Source: Ignavibacteriales bacterium (GTDB taxonomy: Bacteria > Bacteroidota > Ignavibacteria > UBA10030 > UBA6906). Taken from it: DNA of 64,000 nucleotides. Under the pieces are notes generated by a model that saw nothing but the letters and a program-made list of their open reading frames with translations, had not been told where the DNA came from and searched no databases. The translations under genes were made by a program, and so were the position numbers. The DNA is taken from assembly GCA_037441705.1 (NCBI GenBank), contig JBBIRR010000014.1, positions 1 through 64,000 of the forward strand, given 5' to 3'. Positions 28,246 to 38,715 of this stretch are shown here, one piece after another; positions within the stretch are counted from its first letter, which is position 1, and every line of letters starts with the position of its first letter.

Positions 28246-28791
28246 ATGCGCTCCCTTACTCTGACAATATTGCTCCTCGCTATCGTCGCTGGCCATTCTC
28301 CTGGCCAAACACGAATCTATACCGACAGAGGACACTGGGTGGGTCTTGGAGTTGGCGTTATCGGAGGCGATGGTCGATTTGCGGATCGTTGGACTGCGAG
28401 GGCAATGTATGACTGGCGGTTTGATACGTTCTGGTCGCTACCTGTTGAGGCTTCGGCCTTTAAGAGAGTTTCGATCAGGTACGACGGTGCCCAACTCCAC
28501 AGCCATAGTTCAACCGTACTTGCCCTGAGTATAGCGTTGAAGCTTCGCGTTGTATTGGGACGTCTGAACACAGACTTCTTTGCACAAGCCGGGGTTGGTG
28601 CAGGATCGATGTATCCGGTCATCCACTACGCTTACGGCGTGGAATATGGAATCGCCGAAAGGCTTGCTCTCACTCTTCAAGTAAGACGCCATACATCGAA
28701 TCTTGAAGTGAACAACAATTTTTACACACTCGGGGTGAATCTGAACCTCACCTCCGATAGGTTACGCGAAGAATATCTCAACGACAGGTGA
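28246..28791 (+). CDS. Hypothetical small outer-membrane beta-barrel protein
   Basis: Signal peptide, about 8 amphipathic strands (FAQAGVG, YGVEYGI, YTLGVNL); TATATT at 28189-28194. Confidence 0.55.
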   Translation: MRSLTLTILLLAIVAGHSPGQTRIYTDRGHWVGLGVGVIGGDGRFADRWTARAMYDWRFDTFWSLPVEASAFKRVSIRYDGAQLHSHSSTVLALSIALKLRVVLGRLNTDFFAQAGVGAGSMYPVIHYAYGVEYGIAERLALTLQVRRHTSNLEVNNNFYTLGVNLNLTSDRLREEYLNDR

Positions 28792-28857
28792 GAGGGGGGT
28801 TCCGTCCGAATCGGTTTCGAAATATTCATCCTCGTGCAGTGAAGGACGGTGTTCGGT

Positions 28858-30708
28858 ATGAGCCGAAGAATTATAAGATTGCTCCTGTTTACGGTTCTGT
28901 GCAGCCCGCATTTGTGGGCACAGGACACAAACGCCAAATTCCGTCTTGCTCAAAGTTATGAGCAGGGGGGTGACTTCGAAAATGCCGTTCCTCTCTATCG
29001 CGACCTCTACGCGCAGGAGCCTTCCAACTACATGTACTTCGACGGGCTGCGGCGATCGCTGCTGCAGCTCAAGCGATACGATGAAGTGATCGGGCTTGTT
29101 CGCCACCGTCTGAGGACGTATCCGAACGATGCGAACCTGCTTTGCCTGCTGGGCAGCGCGCTGTACCAATCGGGGAAAGAAAAAGAGGCCGACGCTGCGT
29201 GGGAACAAGCCATCGCAGCGGAGCCGGCAAACCCAAACGTCTATCGCCTTGTGGCAAACTCGCTTCTCGAAAACCGGCTTCTCGACAAGACGGCCGCGGT
29301 GTACCGCCGCGCTCGCGTCGCGTGCAACGACCCGAATCTCTTCACGCTCGACCTTGCACAGCTCCTCGCAGTGAGCATGGATTATGCGGGCGCGACAACC
29401 GAGTACGTGCGCTATCTCGCACAGGCACCGATGCAGCTGCCGTATGTGCAGAACCGCATGGCGCAGTTTACCGCCAAGGAAGACGCGCGCGCTGCAGCCA
29501 TCAACGCCGTGCGACAGGCCCTCCGCACGTCCAGCGACATGAACCTGTATCGTCTGTTGGGGTGGCTGCTCATGGAGGGCAAACACTTTGACGAGGCTTT
29601 CGAGGTGCACGCGACGCTCGACCGCCTGGCAAATGCAAAGGGGGGTGAAGTGTTTGCCTTCGCGGAGCGGGCTTACAAGGAAGGGGCCTTCGAGGTTGCT
29701 GCCCGCGCGTACAAGGCCGCTATTGATGCACCGCTGTCGCCGCAACGACTCCCCTACGCCCGGTTCGGCTACGCGCTGGCGATGAAGGAGCTCACCCTGC
29801 GCGCCGATACCGCGCAGACCTTGTTGCCGCAGGGCGGAACCATCCCTGAAACGCAGTCACGCTACGCAACTGCCATTGATTATTTTCGCAAGATCATCGA
29901 AGACTACCCGAGCTCCGACTTCGCTGCGCGGGCAGCTTACCAGATCGGGCTGATCCAGTTCGAGAAGTATTTCGATCTCGATGCCGCGCTTGCATCGTTC
30001 ACCGGCGTGCAGCAAAGCCTCCCCTCCTCTTCGACCATCCAGTACGACATCGCCATCAAGATCGGCGAGGTGCTGACGGCCAAAGGAGACACGGCAAACG
30101 CAAGGGTCTGGTTCCGCAAAGTGGTTGCCGTGCCCACCGCAACGCCGGATCAGCAGGATGAGGCAACGTACCGCCTTGCCGAAGTGGAGTACTTCTGCGG
30201 AAACTTCGCCGAAGCACTGAAGAATCTCGAGTCCATCAGCACCAACCTCAAAGCCGATTACGCCAACGACGCGCTGCTGCTCACCGCCTTCCTGCAGGAG
30301 AACACGATCACGGCTCCCGCCCCGCTGAAAGAGTTTGCGCGTGCAGAGTTCCTCACGCGACAGAAAAAATACACGGAAGCAATCACGATCTTTCAAGCTC
30401 TGGTCGAGAAGTATCCACAGGCATTGTTCGTTGATGACGCTCTGCTGCGCATCGCGATGCTGCAAACCCAAGCGGGCCGCTACAACGATGCACTCCTTAC
30501 CTATCACCAGCTCCTGCATCAGTTCAAGGAAAGCAGCATCGCGCTGGACCGGGCACAGTTCAACATTGCCGAGCTGTACGACTATCGCCTGAAGGACAAG
30601 GCCCAGGCGATTGCTGCATACGAACGGCTGCTTGCCGAGTATCCGCAATCGTTGTTTACCGAGCGCGCACGCAAGCGCATCCGCGAGCTGCGCGGTGATT
30701 CACTGTAG
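28858..30708 (+). CDS. Secreted tetratricopeptide-repeat protein
   Basis: Signal peptide ending LWA-Q; repeated TPR units; BamD/YbgF-like YPxS repeats near C-terminus. Confidence 0.85.
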   Translation: MSRRIIRLLLFTVLCSPHLWAQDTNAKFRLAQSYEQGGDFENAVPLYRDLYAQEPSNYMYFDGLRRSLLQLKRYDEVIGLVRHRLRTYPNDANLLCLLGSALYQSGKEKEADAAWEQAIAAEPANPNVYRLVANSLLENRLLDKTAAVYRRARVACNDPNLFTLDLAQLLAVSMDYAGATTEYVRYLAQAPMQLPYVQNRMAQFTAKEDARAAAINAVRQALRTSSDMNLYRLLGWLLMEGKHFDEAFEVHATLDRLANAKGGEVFAFAERAYKEGAFEVAARAYKAAIDAPLSPQRLPYARFGYALAMKELTLRADTAQTLLPQGGTIPETQSRYATAIDYFRKIIEDYPSSDFAARAAYQIGLIQFEKYFDLDAALASFTGVQQSLPSSSTIQYDIAIKIGEVLTAKGDTANARVWFRKVVAVPTATPDQQDEATYRLAEVEYFCGNFAEALKNLESISTNLKADYANDALLLTAFLQENTITAPAPLKEFARAEFLTRQKKYTEAITIFQALVEKYPQALFVDDALLRIAMLQTQAGRYNDALLTYHQLLHQFKESSIALDRAQFNIAELYDYRLKDKAQAIAAYERLLAEYPQSLFTERARKRIRELRGDSL

Positions 30709-30723
30709 GAAGCGGAGGAGAAG

Positions 30724-32019
30724 ATGAAGCACGGAAACCGCACAATCGTCCTGCGCATCATCGCGGCGAGCCTGCTGTTGCTTGCAGGCGTTCGCAGCGG
30801 AGCTGCTCAGGGGAAGATTCTGATCCCGATGGACCTCACGCAGACCGACCATCTCAAAGCGTACGGCATCGCGTACTGGACGCTCACGAAGGGCATCGAG
30901 ATAGATTGGCTGCTGAACTATCGCGGCGGCTCGTTTCTGATGGACTACGCCGAGATGATTGCCGCCGAGTGCCGCATCCGCGGCGTGGCGTTCTCGCCCA
31001 TCAGCGCAGCCGATGCCGCGCAGATCTACGCCGAGGTTCAGCGCGAGGATAATAACATGGATGTGATCCGTCTCGAGAAAGCACCGAAGGTGGCGGTGTA
31101 TGTGCCGCCGGGCTTCCAGCCATGGGACGACGCGGTGACGCTGGCCCTCGAATATGCCGAAATCCACTACGATAAGGTGTGGGATGATGAAGTGATGGCA
31201 GATAAGCTGCACGAGTACGATTGGCTTCACCTGCATCACGAGGATTTCACCGGACAATACGGCAAGTTTTACGCTTCCTTCGCACAGGCAAGCTGGTATA
31301 TCGAACAGCAGGTAACGCTCGAAAAGGAAGCGAAAAAGTTAGGCTTCAAGAAAGTGTCTGAATTGAAGAAAGCCGTGGCACGCAAGATCAAGGAGTACAT
31401 TGCGGGCGGCGGATTCATGTTTGCGATGTGCTCGGCAACCGACACGTACGACATTGCCCTCGCCGCGGAGAACACCGACATCTGCGACGTGATGTACGAC
31501 GGCGATCCGCCCGACCGCGATGCGCAGCAGCGGTTAGATTACTCGAAGACCCTCGCCTTCACCAACTTCACGCTCGAGCGCAACCCGCTCCGCTACGAGT
31601 ACTCGGACATCGATCAGCCGCCGAGCGATCTGCTTGGCTTGCAGAATCCGGAGACCGACTACTTCACACTCTTCGAGTTCTCGGCGAAGTTCGATCCCGT
31701 CCCCACCATGCTCACACAGAACCACGTGAACGTGATCAAAGGCTTTCTCGGTCAGACAACAAACTTCAAGAAGAGTCTCATCAAGAACACCGTCACCATT
31801 CTTGCCGAGAAAGAGGGACTCGATCAGGTGCGCTACCTGCACGGCAACTACGGCCGCGGCACGTTCACCTTCTACGGCGGCCACGACCCTGAGGACTATC
31901 AACACGCCGTCGGTGATCCGCCGACCGATCTCTCATTGCACAAGAACTCGCCGGGCTACCGACTCATTCTCAACAACATTCTCTTCCCGGCTGCAAAGAA
32001 GAAACAACAGAAGACATAA
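30724..32019 (+). CDS. Conserved secreted protein, often labelled 'asparagine synthetase B', with a class I GATase-like domain
   Basis: Signal peptide; HLKAYGIAYW, WLLNYRGGSF, LHLHHEDFTGQYGKF, GGFMFAMCSATD, YGGHDPEDY. Confidence 0.7.
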   Translation: MKHGNRTIVLRIIAASLLLLAGVRSGAAQGKILIPMDLTQTDHLKAYGIAYWTLTKGIEIDWLLNYRGGSFLMDYAEMIAAECRIRGVAFSPISAADAAQIYAEVQREDNNMDVIRLEKAPKVAVYVPPGFQPWDDAVTLALEYAEIHYDKVWDDEVMADKLHEYDWLHLHHEDFTGQYGKFYASFAQASWYIEQQVTLEKEAKKLGFKKVSELKKAVARKIKEYIAGGGFMFAMCSATDTYDIALAAENTDICDVMYDGDPPDRDAQQRLDYSKTLAFTNFTLERNPLRYEYSDIDQPPSDLLGLQNPETDYFTLFEFSAKFDPVPTMLTQNHVNVIKGFLGQTTNFKKSLIKNTVTILAEKEGLDQVRYLHGNYGRGTFTFYGGHDPEDYQHAVGDPPTDLSLHKNSPGYRLILNNILFPAAKKKQQKT

Positions 32020-32095
32020 AGATGTAGGTAACCAACACGATTGCTTTTCGTATGCTGTATCGTCCGACCATCCATCAACAACCAAAGGTGACACC

Positions 32096-32713
32096 ATGAA
32101 GAAGTTCGCGTTCATCGTCGCAGCACTGGTGGCTCTTTCCGCCGCATCGTACGCTGCAAGTCCTGTCCGGTTCGGCGTTCAGGCAACCGGCGCCAACGTC
32201 AACGTTCCGAAGCCGCTGAACGAAATCTATGGTTTCGGCTACGGGGGCGGCGTCCATCTTGATTTCAACCTTCCCGTTCTTCTCTCATTCCGTTTGCAAG
32301 GGGACTACGTTCGCTTCTCGGCAGATCAGGGAAAGTATCAGCAACTCCTTGCGTCGTTGGTGGGCGGTACGGCGGCGAGTGATTTTTCCATTGACGGTGG
32401 GGCGATCAGCGTCTGGTCGGTTTATGCCAATGTGAAGTCGAATTTTCTGCCGCTTCCGCTCATCTCGCCCTACATAACAGGCGGCGCGGGCGTTGCGAAC
32501 CTCAGCGCAGCAGAGGCCACCATCAAATATCAGGGGCAGCCGGTCACCGGAGTTCCGGCCGTGCCGGGCGAAACAAAATTCTCGGCCAATCTCGGCGCAG
32601 GGGTCGATTTGAAGTTAGGCGTGGAGCTGTACGTGGAGGCGCGCTACACATGGATCTTTACCTCGGGTGAGACCAGCACCTACATTCCCGTTTCCATCGG
32701 CATCACGCTGTAG
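32096..32713 (+). CDS. Outer-membrane beta-barrel protein (OmpA-like membrane domain)
   Basis: MKKFAFIVAAL signal; PYITGGAG, NLGAGVD, YVEARY, IPVSIGITL. Confidence 0.8.
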   Translation: MKKFAFIVAALVALSAASYAASPVRFGVQATGANVNVPKPLNEIYGFGYGGGVHLDFNLPVLLSFRLQGDYVRFSADQGKYQQLLASLVGGTAASDFSIDGGAISVWSVYANVKSNFLPLPLISPYITGGAGVANLSAAEATIKYQGQPVTGVPAVPGETKFSANLGAGVDLKLGVELYVEARYTWIFTSGETSTYIPVSIGITL

Positions 32714-32721
32714 GATAGGAC

Positions 32722-32752
32722 CTCGGGGGCGCGGCGGGCACGCGTCCCCGGG
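32722..32752. terminator. GC-rich hairpin between convergent genes
   Basis: CTCGGGGGCGCG / CGCGTCCCCGGG imperfect inverted repeat. Confidence 0.45.
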
Positions 32753-32755
32753 GAC

Positions 32756-35700
32756 TCACTTATTCCCCTCTAACTTCTCCAATGCCTCGTAGTAGCGTTT
32801 GATGAGTTCCTGATAGTCTCTCGCGTATCCTTCTTCGATAGCCTTTTGCAAATCCTGCTGCAGTCTGTTCCGTCCCTCTTGCGTGTTCAGGTCAATCCCG
32901 CCGGGACTCTTGCGCGCCACGTTGGTTCCTGTTTCTGCGCGGCGCTTCTTCTCGAAATCTCGTTCACGCGCCGAGCGTTGTGAGTCGAGCAAGCGTGAGA
33001 GGATGCGTTCCTGCTTCTTCAGCGTCTCGGGATTGACGTTGCCTTGCGCGAGATCGGTTTGTACTTCGCGCATCTCCTGCGCGATCTTGTTGAGATCGCC
33101 GAGCATCTTGCTCAGCTCGCCGCTCTGCGCGGCTTCCTTCGCCAACTGTTCAAGCGATTTGCGTACCATGCCCTGCTCGGCGGCGAGGCGGCCCAGTTCG
33201 GCAAGCTGTTGCTGCGACATTCCCTGCAGGTTCTGCGTGCCTTGATTGATGCCCTGCTGCTGTCCGGTCATCTGCTGCAGTCGCTGCATGAAGCCGGCCA
33301 TGCCCATGCCCATCCCCTTCCCCTGCATCATGCCCTGCATCGCGCCTTGCAGCAACTGCGAGGCTTCGTTGAGTGAGCCCATCGCGCCCTGCTGCTGCCC
33401 GCCGGCCTGCGGACCGTTGCGCTGGTCCAGCGACTGCATCGCCTGGCTCATCTGCCGCATCGCATCGCCGATGGCCTTGCCCAGCTCCGGCGTGATGGCA
33501 AACGTCTTCTGTGAAAGTCGGGACAGCCCCTGCGTTACATTTGCCAGATCACGCAGGATTTCCATTTGCGCCTGGGCATTGTCGCGGAACTGCTGCGAGT
33601 TCGGCTCCAGTCGCCGTGCCTGATTCTTGAGCGCCTCCTGCCGTTTCGAGAGACTCAGCAAATCCTGCAGGGCGCGGCGCATCTCGTTCACAATCTGTCG
33701 CTGTTGATTCTCCTGCATCGCCTGCTTCATCCGCTGCATCCGCTGCATGAAACTTCCCATCTTCCGCATGGCGCTGCGCTGGTTCTGCATGGCCGATTGC
33801 ATGTCCTGCTGCTGCAACTGCTGCGCAATTTCGTCCATCTGCTTTTCGAGATCGGCCTGCTCCAACTCGTTGCGCGCGTCCTGGATCTCGTTCAGCGGCA
33901 TCTCGGCGGGAAATTCTTCCATCTTCTTCTGCAGCTCGGCAAGTTCTTTCTGCAGTTGCTCAAGCTGTTCCTTCAAGTCCTTTTGCTGCTGTGCAAGCTC
34001 GTTCAGCTTGTTCTTGTCGGCAGGATTGATCTGCTCCGTCTGCTTCTGCACCTCTTCCTGTTTCTTGAGCATCTCCTCCGTCCGCTTCACCATCTCATCC
34101 ACTTTCTGCTCGATCTGGATACGTTTCAACAACTGAATCGTCCGTTCGATGCTCTTGCGGAAATTTTCCTCACTGAACTGGAACTGCTGCATTGCCTGCC
34201 GCATCATTTCGGGACTGAGCTGCATCATGGCCTGCTGCATCTTCTTCATCGCTTCGGCAAATTCGGGCGAGTTCAGTTCCTCCATCAGGCGCTGCAGCTC
34301 CTGATACTTCTCCAGCGTTTCGTGCGAGAGCGTCTCGCTTTTCTCCATCTTCTTAACCATCTCGTCGATGGTTTTGTTGACCTCCGCCATCTTCTTCTGA
34401 ATCTCGTCGTACTTCTTCAGCATCTCCTCGGCCTTCTTCTGCTGCTGCCAGTCCATCTTCTGCTGGTTCTTCTTCATCTCCTGCTGGAGCTCTTCCAGCT
34501 CCTTGCGCGCCTGCTCGGCTTGCTTCAGTGCCTCTTTCATGCCTTCGAGACTTACCTCGTGAGCCTTGTCCACATCGGCGAAGACTTCTTCGAGCGAGGG
34601 AAGGCGCAGGATGTAGGTTTCGCTGCGGCCCGACTTCGGACCGCTCACATTGTCATTGTCAAACACTTCGAGGTAGTAACTGACGACGTCTTCCGGAGCG
34701 AGCGAGAGATCCTTCAGGCTCCAGAGATGCGCGGCATCCATCTCGTTGGTATGAACGGTGGGCAGGGGCACGGCAACGAAGCGAAAGTCGGGCCACGGCT
34801 GCTCATAGCGCGAGTGAATCAGGCGGTATGCAAGGCGCAGCGATGTGAAACCGTAGTCATCAGCAATACGATAGAGCATGTTCAGTTGCGTGTTCTCGGC
34901 AATATCCATGTTCGCACCCGGAAAGATGATTGCGGCCGTCGGATGCGCGTCGGGAACGATCTTGAGCGTATACTGAATCGGATCGACACTGGAGATGCCT
35001 TCCTCGTCTTCGAGGTGGATGGTGTACTGGCGCTCATTCATCAGCGTAATCGTGCCCTGGGCGGTGCTGCCGTGAACGGTGAGCCGTGCAATGCTTGAAT
35101 CGCTGAACAGCAAGCGCGCCCCGGCGAGCGGCTTGTTGGAGTCGATCCGGATCGCAATGCGCGTGCCGCGCAGCGCCGTTACATCGCCCACGTTGTCGTC
35201 GAGCTGGCGCGACGGCAGCTTTGCATACGCCGGAAAGTTCAAGGTGAGCCGCAGCATCTTCACCATCGGGCGGTCGATCACGCTCAACGTGTATTGATCG
35301 CTGCTGACGTCTCCCGCTTTCACCGCGTAGGTGGTGGTGGATTTCAGAGAAGAGAACTCGTGCGTGAACAGTCCTGCAGCGTTCGGGGTGAGAGTCCGTT
35401 CCTCGAATTGGAGCTGGCCTTCGGGCTTGCTCAGAAGGACGAGCTGTTGAGGAAGCTCCTCGCGTGAGCTTGCCGTCGTCTCGGGCTCGAGACGTACCGT
35501 CACCGCCACGGAAGCCCCCTTCACCACCTCAATATTTCCCGGCTGAACAACGAAGCGAAACGGAAGCGGCGGAGCGAATGACTGGCTGTAGTGCCACAAC
35601 CGGTTGGCGGCACCCAAGAATCCGACGGGCGAAGCCAGCGGAAAGAGCACGGCCGCAGCCACAACGACGCCAAGGACTTTTGCCATCCTCCGGGCAGGCG

Positions 35701-36169
35701 CAAAGCTGACCGCCCGCGTGAAATCAAGCGGTTCGATTTCTTTCCGAACATCTTCAAAGGATGCATCAATGAGCTCGGGCGAGAAGAGCTGCGTCTTGTT
35801 CCGCTCGGCGGAGAGCTGAAGAATGTTGACAAGATGGTCGTTGATGCCGGGAAACATCCTGCCGACTTTGGCCGCCGTCTGCGTATCGCTTTCCTGAGGC
35901 AGCACCCGGAAAAGGGTCAACAGCGGGCGCAGCACACACCAGGCAAGCAAGCCCAGCCCACCGAGCGTGATGACCCAAAAGATCGTTGTTCGGGCAACCG
36001 TGGAGAGATAAAGCAGGTGTTCCACCAGCAGTGCAAGGAGGAGGGCCCCGATGATGATTGATGCAGAAAAGAAGAGGCCGTGTAAAAGAGAAGCAAGACT
36101 CTCTCTCTTTCTCACAAGAGAGAGACGCGTGACAAGGTCACTCAAGATTCTCGGCGTTCCATCGCTCAT
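32756..36169 (-). CDS. DUF4175-like membrane-anchored Ig plus long coiled-coil protein
   Basis: 3 N-terminal TMs, Ig-like region with ADDYGF and EVFDNDNVSGPK, Q/M/E-rich coiled coil, YQELIKRYYEAL end. Confidence 0.75.
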   Translation of the reverse strand: MSDGTPRILSDLVTRLSLVRKRESLASLLHGLFFSASIIIGALLLALLVEHLLYLSTVARTTIFWVITLGGLGLLAWCVLRPLLTLFRVLPQESDTQTAAKVGRMFPGINDHLVNILQLSAERNKTQLFSPELIDASFEDVRKEIEPLDFTRAVSFAPARRMAKVLGVVVAAAVLFPLASPVGFLGAANRLWHYSQSFAPPLPFRFVVQPGNIEVVKGASVAVTVRLEPETTASSREELPQQLVLLSKPEGQLQFEERTLTPNAAGLFTHEFSSLKSTTTYAVKAGDVSSDQYTLSVIDRPMVKMLRLTLNFPAYAKLPSRQLDDNVGDVTALRGTRIAIRIDSNKPLAGARLLFSDSSIARLTVHGSTAQGTITLMNERQYTIHLEDEEGISSVDPIQYTLKIVPDAHPTAAIIFPGANMDIAENTQLNMLYRIADDYGFTSLRLAYRLIHSRYEQPWPDFRFVAVPLPTVHTNEMDAAHLWSLKDLSLAPEDVVSYYLEVFDNDNVSGPKSGRSETYILRLPSLEEVFADVDKAHEVSLEGMKEALKQAEQARKELEELQQEMKKNQQKMDWQQQKKAEEMLKKYDEIQKKMAEVNKTIDEMVKKMEKSETLSHETLEKYQELQRLMEELNSPEFAEAMKKMQQAMMQLSPEMMRQAMQQFQFSEENFRKSIERTIQLLKRIQIEQKVDEMVKRTEEMLKKQEEVQKQTEQINPADKNKLNELAQQQKDLKEQLEQLQKELAELQKKMEEFPAEMPLNEIQDARNELEQADLEKQMDEIAQQLQQQDMQSAMQNQRSAMRKMGSFMQRMQRMKQAMQENQQRQIVNEMRRALQDLLSLSKRQEALKNQARRLEPNSQQFRDNAQAQMEILRDLANVTQGLSRLSQKTFAITPELGKAIGDAMRQMSQAMQSLDQRNGPQAGGQQQGAMGSLNEASQLLQGAMQGMMQGKGMGMGMAGFMQRLQQMTGQQQGINQGTQNLQGMSQQQLAELGRLAAEQGMVRKSLEQLAKEAAQSGELSKMLGDLNKIAQEMREVQTDLAQGNVNPETLKKQERILSRLLDSQRSARERDFEKKRRAETGTNVARKSPGGIDLNTQEGRNRLQQDLQKAIEEGYARDYQELIKRYYEALEKLEGNK

Positions 36170-36267
36170 GATCCTCTCTCCGTTCAGATTCATACTGCTG
36201 TATGATAGGCATTCGGTTGAAGACTCGCAACCGAACATTCACTCCCGACGCCCGCCCGATGTCTCGC

Positions 36268-37806
36268 CTACTTCCGTTCCAAATACAGTCCGGCCCCCGG
36301 GCCTACGGGAATCTCAAGACTGATCCACACAACAAGAAACAGTGACCACCCGAGAAGAAAGACGATGCTGTAGGGCAGCATAGTTGCGATGATCGTTCCT
36401 ATCCCGGCCTCTTTGATGTATTTCTGAGCGAACGCGATGATGAGCGCGAAGTACGACATCATGGGCGTGACAACGTTCGTCGTCGAGTCGCCGATGCGGT
36501 AGGCCGCCTGCGTCAGCTCGGGCGTGAAACCCAACAGCATGAACATAGGGACGAAGATCGGCGCCATAACCGCCCACTTTGCGGAGGAACTTCCCATAAA
36601 GAGATTCATTGCTGCTGCCACGAGAATGAAACACAGAATCAACGGGATGCCCGTCAGGCCGATGGATTTCAATAACTCTGCCCCCTTGATCGCTGTGATC
36701 AGGCCGATGTTCGTCCAGGAGAAATAGGCGACAAACTGCGCGGCGAAGAACACCAGCACGATATACACGCCGAGACTGCTCATGGATTTTCCCATCGCGT
36801 TGATCACGGCGCTGTCGCTGCGCAGCGATCGCGTGGCAATACCATAGGCAACGCCGGGCAAGAGAAATACGAGGAAGATGATGGTGACAATGCCGTTGAG
36901 GAAAGGAGAGTGCAGCAGGTCGCCTGTTTCCGGATTGCGCAGCACGGCGCCTTCCGGGATCGTTGCAAGGGCAAGCGCGCCCGCACACAGAAGCACAACC
37001 GCGCCGGCCACCTTCAGGCCGCGCCGCTCTTCGGGCTTGAGCTGATCCATCGCGAGACGTTCTTCCGCGCCCGTGTACTGTCCCAGGCGCGGTTCAACAA
37101 TTTTCTCCGTCACGAACGTACCGAGAAGGGTGATAAGAAATGTCGACGCCGCCATGAAGTAGTAATTGGCCGCGGCGTTGACCGTATACGTCGGGTCAAC
37201 GATGCGCGCCATCTCCTGCGTGATGCCGGCCAGAAGAGGATCAACTGTCCCAAGCATGAGGTTTGCGCTGTACCCGCCGGAGACGCCGGCGAACGCAGCC
37301 GCGAGACCGGCAAGCGGGTGACGCCCGAACGCATGAAAGATGATCGCGCCCAACGGAATGAGAATGACATAGCCCGCTTCGGAGGCCGCATTGGAAAGCA
37401 CACCTGCAAACACGACAACCGCGGTAACGAGCCTGCGCGGGGCCGCAAGCACAAGCGCCCGCAGTGCAGCGGTGAGCAATCCTGAACCTTCCGCAACACC
37501 GACGCCCAGCATCGCCACGAGCACGGTTCCCAACGGAACAAAGCCCGTGAAGTTCGTCACCATGCTGGTGAGCATGCGGCGGAGGCCGTCGCCATTCAGC
37601 AAGCTCACAGGCACAATCGCTTTCCCGGTGCTGGGGTGCACCGCAGTGAACTCCAGTGTGCCGACGATGGCCGAGCCGACTACCACCGACGCGGCAAACA
37701 ATGCAAACAGCGTCGCCGGATGCGGCAAGGCATTCCCCACTTTCTCCACAAGGTCCAGCATACGATAGAAAAAGTTGTTCGTCGGTGTAGTGCGTGCTTG
37801 CGCCAT
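36268..37806 (-). CDS. abgT: AbgT-family transporter
   Basis: [56 protein letters not shown]. Confidence 0.88.
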   Translation of the reverse strand: MAQARTTPTNNFFYRMLDLVEKVGNALPHPATLFALFAASVVVGSAIVGTLEFTAVHPSTGKAIVPVSLLNGDGLRRMLTSMVTNFTGFVPLGTVLVAMLGVGVAEGSGLLTAALRALVLAAPRRLVTAVVVFAGVLSNAASEAGYVILIPLGAIIFHAFGRHPLAGLAAAFAGVSGGYSANLMLGTVDPLLAGITQEMARIVDPTYTVNAAANYYFMAASTFLITLLGTFVTEKIVEPRLGQYTGAEERLAMDQLKPEERRGLKVAGAVVLLCAGALALATIPEGAVLRNPETGDLLHSPFLNGIVTIIFLVFLLPGVAYGIATRSLRSDSAVINAMGKSMSSLGVYIVLVFFAAQFVAYFSWTNIGLITAIKGAELLKSIGLTGIPLILCFILVAAAMNLFMGSSSAKWAVMAPIFVPMFMLLGFTPELTQAAYRIGDSTTNVVTPMMSYFALIIAFAQKYIKEAGIGTIIATMLPYSIVFLLGWSLFLVVWISLEIPVGPGAGLYLERK

Positions 37807-37856
37807 GCGTGATCTCCTCGGATAGCGATCTGTTGAGTGGAAGGGGTTCGGCCGTT

Positions 37857-38525
37857 TCAGTTCGTCAACGCCCAAACCACAATGTTGGTTCCGAAGCGCA
37901 ACGCCTCCTCGCGTTTCTCCGGGGGGTCATGGTGAACATCAGGGTCGGCCCAGCCGTCGCTCGGATTGCTCTCGTAGGTGTAGTACACAACGAGGCGCCC
38001 GTTGTGGAAAAGCCCGAACCCCTGCGGCGGTTTCTTGTCGTGTTCGTGCGTCTTCGGAGGCCCGTTGGGGAATTCGAACTGTGTATGATAGAGGGGGTGA
38101 GTGAAAGGCAGCTCGACGAGATCCTGTGCTGGAAAAATCTTCTTCATCTCACGCCGGAACGCTTTATCCATTCCGTAATCGTCATCGGCGTAGAGGAACC
38201 CACCGTTTTGCAGGTACGTTCGGAGGCGTCGCACCTCCTGATCGTTGAAGGAGATGTTGCCGTGCCCCGTCATGAAGATGAAGGGATAGGTGAAGAGCTG
38301 TTCGCTGTTCACATCCACAAACTCATACGTCGGCTCGACAATGATGCCGGTATGTTCCTTGACGAACTTCAGCAAGTTCACCTCTGCGGACTGATCGTTG
38401 TACCAATCGCCGCCGCCGGAGTATTTGAGGCGGGCAATCTTGAAGGCGCTGGACACGACGGGAGCCTGCGCAAGCCCCTCGCCGAACACAAACAACCCGA
38501 TGAGGCAACATGAAATAAGCTTCAT
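37857..38525 (-). CDS. DUF4159-family secreted protein
   Basis: [57 protein letters not shown]. Confidence 0.85.
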   Translation of the reverse strand: MKLISCCLIGLFVFGEGLAQAPVVSSAFKIARLKYSGGGDWYNDQSAEVNLLKFVKEHTGIIVEPTYEFVDVNSEQLFTYPFIFMTGHGNISFNDQEVRRLRTYLQNGGFLYADDDYGMDKAFRREMKKIFPAQDLVELPFTHPLYHTQFEFPNGPPKTHEHDKKPPQGFGLFHNGRLVVYYTYESNPSDGWADPDVHHDPPEKREEALRFGTNIVVWALTN

Positions 38526-38622
38526 GAATCTTTCCTGCAAGGATACCTGATGCGCTATTGTGCCGATGTCTCAAGGTATGATTCCGCCTGTGAAGAGTCA
38601 ATAAACGCCGAAGACAGCTTTC

Positions 38623-38651
38623 TTGCGAAACGTCTCATTTTTATGTACCTT
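38623..38651 (+). promoter_or_regulatory. sigma70-type promoter for the ffh operon
   Basis: TTGCGA-17 bp-TACCTT. Confidence 0.45.
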
Positions 38652-38715
38652 TATGTCCCGTTTCGGTGGGTCGAAACGGTTTTTTTTCTCACATGGTCTG
38701 TGCATCGCAGCGAAC

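Noticed and set aside
33566-35098. 510-aa Leu/His-rich plus-strand ORF
   Set aside because: Antisense of the CAG/GAG/AAG-rich coiled-coil region of the DUF4175-like gene.
36099-36126. CT/AG-rich inverted repeat
   Set aside because: Low-complexity, inside the coding 5' end of the DUF4175-like gene; no evidence of function.
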